Positions 1 through 11,000 of a stretch of DNA of 64,000 nucleotides are shown piece by piece. Origin of the DNA: Mytilus edulis (Eukaryota); the NCBI RefSeq assembly GCF_963676685.1, contig NC_092353.1:60078001-60142000 (forward strand), written 5' to 3'. The notes below the pieces were generated by a model. It searched no databases, was not told where the DNA came from, and saw only the letters and a program-made list of their open reading frames with translations. The position numbers and the translations under genes are program-made. Every line of letters begins with the position of its first letter. Position 1 is the stretch's first letter.

Positions 1-169
1 TTGGTCTTGAGTGCTGTGTTGGATCCCAAGGCATACCATATGTTATGAAATTAGTATTAGCTGTTTTTACCTTCTGAATAGAATTCAACATTTAAAATTA
101 TAACACGAGGCAAACTGACATAAAATCAAAATAATGTTTCAATGCAGGGTTACATAACTGAAAGTGACC

Positions 170-430
170 TGCTGATTAGACTATTTACTGGTTTTGTAAT
201 AACATAAGCAACACGACGGGTGTCACATGTGAAGCAGGATCTGCTTACCCTTCCCGAGCACCTGAGATCACTCCCATTTTTGAGTGAGGTTCCTGTCGCT
301 TAGGTTTTAGTTTTCTGTGTTGTCTATTATATGTCTGTTTTTCTTTTTCTTTTTTAGCCATGGCGTTGTCAATTTTATTTTATATCTATGAAATTGAATG
401 TCCCTCTGGTATTTTTCGCCCCTCTTTTAC
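170..430 (+). repeat. Interspersed SINE-like repeat
   Basis: GCAACACGACGGGT...GCAGGATCTGCTTACCC...; related pieces recur at ~46790-47010 and in reverse at ~27750-27780. Confidence 0.5.
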
Positions 431-719
431 ATCAATTACATAACTCAGGTGTGCCAGAATGTTTAAAAAAAACCAAACATCTTGAAATGTTTGTGGTATA
501 AGGAATATTGTAAATATTTCATAATTCATATCATATGAATTTCTTAATGATACTTAGAATATTATGGTAAAGAAAATACAGTTTCATACAGATTGCCATG
601 CTATTTGTCATTAATATATATAAACCACCTTTATAGCCTAGTGACTGTGACAAAAATGGGAAAAAGTGATAGAAAACTTAGAAATTGAATATTAATCATG
701 CTTATAAACTTAAAATAAA

Positions 720-990
720 ATAAAGTATATTAAAACAAAATATTTCATAAAAAAAAATATTTTTAAACAACATATTTCATCATTTAAAGAATGTTAAAAC
801 AACATATTTCAGCATAAAGTATGTTGAAACAAATGTTTCAGCAAATAAATATGTTAAAACAAAATATTTCAGCAAATAAAGTATGTTTATACAAAATATT
901 TCAGCAAATAAAGTATGTTGAGTCATCATATTTCAGCAAAAATATATGTTGAAACAAAACATTTCAGCAAATGAAGTACTTTGAAACAAA
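720..990. repeat. ~30-bp minisatellite (AACAAAATATTTCAGCAAATAAAGTATGTT-like), ~8 degenerate copies
   Basis: Recurring ATATTTCAGCAAATAAAGTATGTT at ~30-bp spacing. Confidence 0.8.
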
Positions 991-3021
991 CCTATGATAC
1001 CTTCAGTTGCGAACGACTGCAATGAAGTGGATAGACTTATACCAAGCCTTCTGCAATTAAATATGAAGCAAAAACTAAACAGAGCAATAAAAATGTACTT
1101 TGCTTTGTTGTACTACTGGTGTAATATCTCTTGCTTTGGACATCTTCTGTCCTGTATACAGCCGTTGTTTAAGAATTGACCATTATTTCATTTAATACTA
1201 CAGCTTTTACAATGGTTTTGCAAGATCTATGATCACAATATCATCACTCAAAATTTCCTTTGAATGTTTTCCTATTTTCTGCTTCTATATAATTTAAGTT
1301 TTATCACATTTGGCTGCTAAAGGCTTTGAGTGTAATCCATAAATGTTACTGGAACACAACACATATGTTTGGTGCTTTATACTGCATATCTTAATAATGC
1401 TTTTGCTTATTATTCACAGGAGTTACTGAGGTGCACAATATTGGTAATAGTATGGTTAGAGGCAAGATCAGATAGTGATGAATTTTGTAATACTCTCAAG
1501 TGTAATAAATGCTAAATTCTGTGATTTATTTTGAAACAACAAACTTGAAAATATAAAATATTTTGTTATTTAATTTACTTGACATAGAAGAATTACTTCA
1601 AAAGAGATTAAAACATCATTTTTGTACAAGTGTTAATCATTTAGATTAGTGTATTTTAAATAGCGAAGTGACTTTTAGTTTTTGGTGATGTATTTATTTA
1701 TTTATTATTTATTTGTTTTTATATCAGAATGTTCATGTTTATCATTACAAAATTGTGTCTCAATAATACTCTATCAGTACCTTTGTATTGGAGCATTTAT
1801 TTCAATGATAAAGTATAACTGATAAATCTGTTAATTTTCATGATAGTTCAAATATATCAACATATTACATAACTACTTTTGTATAAAATTATACAAGTTA
1901 AAAATTTAAATTTCATAATTTTTTTTTTCAAATTGATTTACATCAAAAGAACAGATTTTTGTTACTGTTTACAAAATAATAATCATTATTCAATCATCAA
2001 AAATGTTGTTTTTTAGATAGAGATATTGTCCAAAATTGTTGTATATTACACATTAAAGGTTTAATTATTGGCTAGATTTTGTCCTTGTCTCCTAAATTGA
2101 TTTTTTTTCAATTATCACTGGTGTTGTTTTAAAGGGGCACATTTTGATTAAAGTTAATATGGCAGGATAAAATTCATGTACTTATTTCCATTTATTTTAT
2201 ATTCATTTTTTGGTATTCAAGTGTATATATTTTCACCAAAATACACCCACCACCAAAAACATAAAAACTAATACACAGGGATAATTTACATGTTATACAG
2301 TACTGAAACGTTGTGCATAATAATGTGCTATTTATTTTTTAAAGAAGTTGACTTGATACAAATTAAATGTGTTCTTCAGTTCATTAGTATCTGAATTTGC
2401 CAGATCTGAAATAAGTTTATAATACTAATAATCAAGATTATTCTTATATACCATGCATGTATACTTTAAATTCGGAAATTATGTGTGAAATTTTTTGGTT
2501 GAGATTCAAATTGCAAGACCATTTTTATTTCAGGAAAAGTTGTATACTGGTTTAGCTGTTAAAAGGAGTGATGTTTTGATTTTGTGTGAACCAAATCACT
2601 TTGAACTTTTTGCAACAACAGCACAAATAATTTCTGAATTGGCAAATAATAATGTCTGAAACAAATATGGGAGACTTTTGTTTAAACTCTGTTTCTTCCT
2701 ATTCTTGATCTTAATTTTCTGCTTGCTTTATGTCTACTACTAGTAATGCTTGTTTCTGCAAGAATTGTTCTGTTTTTGGGACATATTGATATAGAATGAA
2801 CATTGTGTGGTTTTTATTTTGTAAGCTAAAGTTTTGTGGATCTAATTCAATTCATAAACATGAAGCTAAAAGGCATCAAGATAGACCAGTTAAAACTGAC
2901 CAATTAAGAAAAATCTTGCTCTTTTACTTTCATTAATTTATAGTTGCTAGTTTCATTTTATATTTACAGTTAATAAGTTTTTGAGAAGTGCCATTTCTTT
3001 TAGCCAGTTGAATTTTATTAA

Positions 3022-3294
3022 GGTGGTACCCAACACTTTCACTGAAATTAATTTGACTCGTTTAATTTTCTTAAAATTTTGACAAAGTATTTACTTTGAC
3101 CCTTTTACAAAAATATAAAAATTTCAAAAAATTTGAACCAACCGTTTTATCAGAAAAATTACACTGGTTATATAGCAGTTTGACAAACACCAATTTTGAT
3201 CATTGAGAAGCTTAATATTCCTTTTACAACACTACGTAATTAAAACGTTTAGCTGATTTTACAGAGTTATCTCCCTGTAGTGTTAGGTACCACC
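3022..3294. mobile_element. Kolobok-type MITE
   Basis: TIR GGTGGTACC(C/T)AACACT, flanked both sides by TTAA (3018-3021, 3295-3298). Confidence 0.8.
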
Positions 3295-3477
3295 TTAATT
3301 TTTGAAAAGTACATGTCACAAATAAAGATCTGATGTATCCGTCCTTTTATTGCAGATAAAATATTGACATATAATGGTGCTTAACACAAACTTTACAAAT
3401 ATTTTTAAAGATTTCTACTTATCTTAAAATTATGGAAATGATATTAGTTATCAAAAGTACCAGGATTATAATTTTAT

Positions 3478-3523
3478 ACGCCAGACGCGCGTTTCGTCTA
3501 CATAAGACTCATCAGTGACGCTC
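3478..3523 (-). ncRNA. Type I hammerhead ribozyme, copy 1
   Basis: Minus strand: GAGCGUCA-CUGAUGA-GUCU(uaugu)AGAC-GAAA-CGCGCG-UC^-UGGCGU. Stem I GCGUCA/UGGCGU, palindromic mini stem III; predicted cleavage between 3484 and 3483. Confidence 0.88.
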
Positions 3524-3832
3524 AGATCAAAATAGTTAAAAAGCCAAACAAATACAAAGTTGAAGAGCATTGAGGACCCAAAATTCCAAAAAGTTGTGCC
3601 AAATACGGCTAAGGTAATCTACTCCTGGGGTAAGAAAATCCTTAGTTTTTCGAATAATTCAAAGTTTTGTAAACAGAAAATTTATAAAAATGACCATATA
3701 ATTGATATTCATGTCAACACAGAAGTGCTGACTACTGGGCTGGTGATACCCTCGGGGACGAAACGTCCACCAGCAGTGGCATCGACCCAGTGGTGTAAAT
3801 AGTTATCAAAAGTACCAGGATTATAATTTTAT

Positions 3833-3878
3833 ACGCCAGACGCGCGTTTCGTCTACATAAGACTCATCAGTGACGCTC
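3833..3878 (-). ncRNA. Type I hammerhead ribozyme, copy 2
   Basis: Same sequence as copy 1, +355 bp. Confidence 0.88.
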
Positions 3879-4187
3879 AGATCAAAATAGTTAAAAAGCC
3901 AAACAAATACAAAGTTGAAGAGCATTGAGGACCCAAAATTCCAAAAAGTTGTGCCAAATACGGCTAAGGTAATCTACTCCTGGGGTAAGAAAATCCTTAG
4001 TTTTTCGAATAATTCAAAGTTTTGTAAACAGAAAATTTATAAAAATGACCATATAATTGATATTCATGTCAACACAGAAGTGCTGACTACTGGGCTGGTG
4101 ATACCCTCGGGGACGAAACGTCCACCAGCAGTGGCATCGACCCAGTGGTGTAAATAGTTATCAAAAGTACCAGGATTATAATTTTAT

Positions 4188-4233
4188 ACGCCAGACGCGC
4201 GTTTCGTCTACATAAGACTCATCAGTGACGCTC
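4188..4233 (-). ncRNA. Type I hammerhead ribozyme, copy 3
   Basis: Same sequence as copy 1, +710 bp; the array ends right at the stem I boundary. Confidence 0.88.
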
Positions 4234-4281
4234 ATTTGAAAAATAATTATTGTTGCTTGAAATTTAATCGCATACTATTAA

Positions 4282-5004
4282 GGTAGCACAATACAAAGAT
4301 TTTATAACTCCAACTCCCAAGTTTTAAAATGCTGTAACTTTCTTAAAAATACTTGAAAATTTATAAAAGTGGTAGTTTTGGATAGCTAACAGATTACTCT
4401 TTCAAATAAATGCAATGTTAGTATTATGCAACAATTATGTAACCAATTAAAATGTTAACTGTGTCTAAAATATTTTTCACCAAATTTCCACTTTCAAATG
4501 AAATTAGCTTCTGCATAGGTATCCCTAGAGGGTTGATTTTATTATATGTTGTTCCTATGGCCATTATCTACAAAAGGGTGTCTCATATTTCGGATAGAAT
4601 GTATAGAACAAATTTTACACCTAATTGAACATTATCTTCTTTTATGTGTTTAGGATGTTTACACTAATTAGAGATTTATGAGCGAATGGAACACCATAGA
4701 GACAATTTGAGACACCCTTTTGAAGCCCATGATGTGTTGATTAAGATTCCGTTAAAATTTTCTGTATAGTTTAAGAGATGATAGAGCTAATTTCATTCAA
4801 GTGAACTTACCCAGATTTTGCCACTAATTACATAACAATTGATTACATAATGATTGCATAATAAAAATATTGCATTCATTTAAAAGATTAATCTTGTATC
4901 TATCTATATATACCTCTTTTATTATTTTCTATGCATTCATAAGAAAGTTACAGCATTTCAAAGGTTAGTGATTGGAATTAAAAAAATCTTTGTATTGTGC
5001 TACC
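4282..5004. mobile_element. Kolobok-type MITE
   Basis: TIR GGTAGCACAATACAAAGATTTT plus a longer imperfect inverted extension; TTAA on both sides. Confidence 0.85.
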
Positions 5005-6388
5005 TTAATTCACAATTTAGAGTAAATTTATCTACCAATTTTTGTATTGGTAAATAGCTAGTACATGTATTCATTTAAAACTTGATTTTGATAACAAAAT
5101 TCTTTCTCACATTAACTGCCCATAGTATATTGTGTTCAATGTTGTTCGTTTTAAATTGTTGTATTTTATAGATGTTGTACAAATTTAGATTTGACAAATG
5201 CATTTTTCCTATCATGAAAATGCTTCATACAGAAATTAATCTGAAGGTAAATTTGAAAATATGATTTTGAATATTGGATATATCAAAGATTTTTCTTAAT
5301 CGTAATTGCATATATATTTCAGGTGTCATTTTTGTTGCAAGTAAAATAAAAGAGCCCAAAGTATATTCCAGGGTTTAAATTGTTGAAAAGTGTCATTGGA
5401 ATTAGTTTAGATTGTTCTTCATATTAACTGTTGGATATATATTTTCAATATACTGAATCATAAATCAGTTTTCGACAAAAAGGCATCTTGAAACATATAT
5501 AAATGGATACACAAGTTTAGAATTATGACACAATGCTGTTGCAATACAAAACAATAATGTGAATTTGAGTAAAAATCATGTCCTTTGTAACGTACTGATA
5601 GCAAAATAATTTATGGGGAAGGGACATTCCTATTCATGTAAAACTAGCTTTATCTTTTACTTAATTGAGCCATTTGAACTTAACGTGACATATTTCTTGT
5701 ATTTTTTTTCTTTGCTATTGTTAAGTGCTAGTCTGTGACTGTTCACCTTTTTTTCATTTTTATTTGTTAATAAGTTTTGTAAGTGTCAGATGAACTATGT
5801 GTTATATGTCTTTAATTTTATTGAGCCATTTGATTTTGAAATAACTTCCAAACAGCATATTAATGGCAATTCTTGCTTATTTCTCTCTTCACTTTTGTTT
5901 AATAAGTGCTTGTCTCTGACTGTTTGCATTTTCATTGTTATTATTTATTATTTAACAAAATTTAGTGCTGACTGAACTATATGTTTTTATCTTCAATTAA
6001 AAGTAAATACATTTGTTTATGCAACTTATATTTTATTTTGCTAGTGCTATGTATAAAAAAATTAAAAGAGGTTGTAGTTTATATTTTATTTCAGGCCATG
6101 TTCAGTCATAATTGTGATAATCTCTCTACCCAAATTCCATATAAGTATAGTTTTCACCTATCAAGCTTTGTTCTATTAATGTAAGAAATATATTTTAAAG
6201 CATGTGTCATAAGAATTCTGATAACATTAGAGCCATATATCCAGAGATATATAATTTCTACCTATTTGCCACATGTGCAATCTTTCAATCGGTCCTTAGT
6301 TGCTATCTGCCATATTCGGTCTCGTTTAATGTATTATACAAGTTGAAACGTTTAACTTATTTGATTTGTTTTATTTTATGTTATGCTG

Positions 6389-6661
6389 TGGCCATATATA
6401 GCTTACATTAGTATGTGTCTTGCTCATATGAACCTAGTTTCTAATGTAAATGATGTGCATCTTGTTATGTGCGGAAAGAATTAAAAACTCCACCAATCAT
6501 ATGCCATTAGTGTATGATACTCAATGGCCATCTATAGCTTACATTAGTATGTGTCTTGCTTATATGAACCAAGTTTCTAATGTAAATGATGTGCATCTTG
6601 TTATGTGCCGAAAGAATTAAAAACTCCACCATTCATATGCCATAAGTGTATGATACTCAAT
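6389..6661. repeat. Tandem duplication, 2 x 136 bp
   Basis: TGGCCAT(A/C)TATAGCTTACATTAG...GATACTCAAT starts at 6389 and 6525, with few mismatches. Confidence 0.9.
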
Positions 6662-8015
6662 AACTTATTTCAAAAGTGTATGAATACTAGTAACCTCTTA
6701 AATTATTCCATGAGAGTTACAAAACGTACCATGATAACAGATGTATAATTTTCATTCAGACTTCAAAATAATCATCAGTGGTGCTCCAAGCAAAATGATT
6801 TGACAGCACAACCAAGTACGAATTTGAAGGGAACCAAAAGTACCTCAACGTGCCAAATATCGATAAATGTCATCTATGCTTGAGGTAGAAATCAGAAGTG
6901 TTGTGTGCAATAAGTATGATTATTATTATCTATCAACTGTCAAAGTTATAAACTAAATAAATGTGAAATGTGGACCAAGACGATTTCCACGCTTGCATAT
7001 AACGTTTAAAAGAGACATAACTCAAGAACGCTAAAAGTGACACCAATTTGTATTGATTCTAAGTTTGGTGATATTTAGCATTATATACAAGTTTCATAAT
7101 ATTTGGTTCTGGCAAACTAATTTAGAGAACAGAAACATATCTCGGAATGGACCTACAGACGGACCAGGGTAAATCGTAATGACCCTCTGATACGGCAGGG
7201 GCATACAAAATGAATATCTACCAATAATCTCGTAGATCGTATGCCATATGTATATAATTTGCCACTTACATCCCTGCAATTTGTTTGACCTCTGATGCAA
7301 AACGCTAAAAGGACACGAATAATCTCCAAGACAATGGGCATACAAACCCTATCTTATTTACAGGGATAAAACTGTAAAATGGACTTTGGTGGTTGTAATA
7401 TTTCTGAACTTTAGAATTATTTATGAAACTCATATTTCCCCAAAAATATAGTATACCCTGGCATTCTATTCTGTAGGGTATGTTGTACTTTTTGTAAAGT
7501 GTAATTTAGAGTTAATGATATAAGTTTAGGTAATGCAAGAGTCTATTTGGTAATGTTGCAAGTCGAGAGCTATTTTATCTGCTGCATAACTTTTTTAGAT
7601 GATGGTTTTGCGTTGATTTCAAGGACTTTAACGCTTCAACAATGAATTTCGAGTTTCCTTTACCACAACATTAATGTATTTTCTCTTACATCTAACACTT
7701 TACTTTGAAAATACAAAAGTTGAAATTGTAATGGTTTCATCTGTTTGTCCTATAGTAATTGCTAAAAAAATTTCAAGTAAAAACAAACCAAGAGGGTGCA
7801 TTCGACATACACAACTCAAGATTTTGCTGAATAGGACATTTGTTCGACCCTCATTCGTACATCTTTATGTAATGAGCAAAGAACAACATCTTATAAAATA
7901 TTTTAATTATTCTTTTTTTTTATATATTTTTTATCTTCTTGGAATTGTCTGAATTATGTTTGTCGATAATGGCTTATGAAATTAACATAAAATAGTAGAA
8001 TCATTTCACGGAATG

Positions 8016-11000
8016 TCAAATTTTATCCAAAAAATTCGTTAAAGCTGGTATAACTAGGTTCATTCCTTTTCTCTTCCTGACTTCACCCACTACAGTTGTT
8101 GCTCTTGATTCTGTTTGGGAATCTAGCGGTTCTCCAGGTAAATATTGCCAATGATCAAACACACACTGTGGGAAAGCTTGTCCTCCTGTCTGGCCTCGAA
8201 GATCTTCTGTGAAACCTAGAATATATTTGTAAACAGTAAATATTTGTTTAAACTATGGTCTTCGTAATTTGTTTGGTTTATTGTTTTTCTCCCCGATTTA
8301 ACTAGATATAAAATGTGTAATGAATTGGGATTGCAATCTGGTGAATGTTGGAAACTAAGGTCTTTTGAGGAACTTTACTGTTGTATTTCACAAAACAGTG
8401 TATTGGATTCCATTTTTATAATTTTTCGTATCATTTTGGGAAAAAACATATATTTAAGAAATATTATACAAAACCAGGGCCAATATTGAAATTATATATG
8501 CATAAGACAAGACTTCGGATATTTGAATATGAAGCATATAATGGACTTTGAATAACTATATTATTATTCTTACCAAATGATTCGTTAACTGGTAGATAAG
8601 CTTTTATTTGATGTAAGGGAACACCTTCCTGTTGAACTGCATCAATAACATGTCCTCGTCTCTTCGAAAGTACATTGTAGACTCCTCCCATTTCTGTTGA
8701 GGGAACCTGTATTAAGAGGAAAAGCTTAGATATAACTAAAGTTGTATAGTAGATAATATGATGTATAAAATTTATTATGTTGTCAGGTATGTAAAAAACT
8801 ATCATTATAATGCAACGAATGCAAATAAGGACCGGCTAAATAGGACTGCTTAAATTGTCACTATTGCCTGAAACCTTATCACATCTAAATTACTAGTACG
8901 AATTTAAATAAAGTAATTATTGAAGTGCACTCAAATCCAATTGTACATTTGAAATTAAACAAAAACATTAAAGAAGGCAGAGGAGAATAGAGAAAGGAAA
9001 TTCAACTAACCTGGATTTCGACGAGGTACACAGGTTCCATAATTCTTGGTTTGGCTGTTAGCATTGATGCAATCATAGCTCTTCTTACAGCTGGCATAAA
9101 CTGACCACCCCCTCTATGACTTGGGTCACCATGGATCTTCATGTCATGTATATCGAAACGGACACCACGTAAACTCTCTTCACATAAAATGCCCTGAAAA
9201 TTAATAGTATCACAAGTTAACAAACTTTTCGTGCTGGTTAACATTTGTCAATTTCCTTGAAATTTTAACCAAAGGTATGGCATTTTTAAGACTTAAGTTA
9301 ATGCAAACAATTATTTGTCCATATTTTCTGTTAAAGAGGTTAACAAATGTCTATATATTATTTTTAGAAAATATTTTATATTAGTGATATATTATAATTC
9401 GTCTTATTTATAACTTCAGTTCTTCATTCATAACTTAACTGCCATCACTCACAATGGGGGGGGGGGGGCTGGGGTATGGTACGGAAACACTTTTGAATAG
9501 AATTAATAAATGTTTACTAAGCAGACGATTGTGGTTCTCTTTTAATCATAATAAAAATATATGAACTAAATTACTAACCTCCCCAGACGCCCACTGGAAG
9601 CCTGCTACTATAACGTCCTTGATGTCATGAAGATTCTGGACTCCTTTGGTGCAGTCTACCAGCATATTAGGACCAGAATTGGATGGTCCAAAACACCAGA
9701 TTTTCTTGGCCTGCATTGGATCAAAGTCATACTTGTCGACCAGATACCTTGTTCTTTCTTTAACATCTTGTGTGGCTGTTACTTTGCCCTGTAATCATAA
9801 ATATTAAACATGATTAAGACTTTGACCGGCTATGATGATATTTAATATACTTCATTATAAGTCCTTTAAAATTATGCAAGATAATAAATACTACTACTAG
9901 GAAAGATGTGATTTTGGTTTATTAATTTATGACAAAATCCTTCAAAAAAATGGCCCTTTCATTGCCATTATTTATCTCCAGCGAAGTATTAACTGGGCAA
10001 CACACTAATGTGGAGAAAAGCTAACCCCACCGTCACTCCAAAAATTAACAGCTGGCCTAAGGGTGTGAAATTGTTTTATATATGTTCATTGCTCACATCT
10101 GAATTAAATTTAACTATTGCACAATAATACGTTATCAAATAAACACTTACACTTTCAATATCAATAACGAGACCATCAGGTAGAGGTGATGCTGTCATGT
10201 ATATCCTGTTGAGTTTGTTTGCTGTCTTTGCCAGACATATCTGTTCAGATGTTGTGCTTACTGTCTCTCTGTAAGTGACTACAGGTTGAGATACCTATAT
10301 TCAGAAAACAATATGTTATTTAATATATATATAACCAATAGTACATGTAGAAATCACGATCTTAACTGAATGGAAATTAATGTACACTATTGTAAATATG
10401 TGGCCTGAAATTTCAAAATCGTATTTTTCGTTTTATTTTCGGTAATGAATGAGACCATGGCTGTTAAGAGATTATCGGAATTAATAGTTAACAACAGTAA
10501 CTTGTTGCAAAAGATTATATAGCAAGCATAAAATGCAATAACTACCTTTAGTGGAACACATGCATGTTCAGTTTCAAGATCTTTCAGACATATTTCCAGG
10601 TGTAATTCTCCAGCTCCAGATACAATGTGTTGTCCACCCTCCAGACCACACTGGACCAAAGGGTCAGACTTGGCAAGTCGCTTCATGCCTTCTACAAGTT
10701 TAGGTAAATCTGCTGCATTTTTAACCTCTACTGCTACTCTTACGACTGGACTAACTGAAAACTTCATTACCTGTTGAAACAATTTATTTTATAAAAAGAG
10801 TGTTAAAACTCTGTAACCGTTCTTTGATGGTATTAGCTGTGGACGGTTTTTTTTTTGGTATTATCTGTTACTGTTCTAATAAGTATTAACTGTTGCAGTT
10901 CGTAAAAACAGTTTTGTTGTGATATACTAGAGTAATCCCAATCCAATGTTATTCCACAACAAAAACATGGGGTCAACTTACAAAACGGACACTTAACATG

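Larger units (their letters stand above)
3445..4234 (-). mobile_element. Non-LTR retrozyme: 355-bp tandem array (2 monomers + 80 bp) with hammerhead ribozymes
   Basis: Units start at 3445, 3800 and 4155 and appear identical; each carries a type I hammerhead on the minus strand. Confidence 0.88.

Noticed and set aside
3560-4157. Duplicated 80-aa ORFs
   Set aside because: TTG starts, no recognisable domain; they simply reflect the 355-bp retrozyme repeat.
994-7952. Short 60-92 aa ORFs in the AT-rich left arm, and similar antisense/overlapping ORFs elsewhere
   Set aside because: Low-complexity F/L/I/Y/K composition, non-ATG starts, no motifs or splice-consistent partners; chance ORFs.
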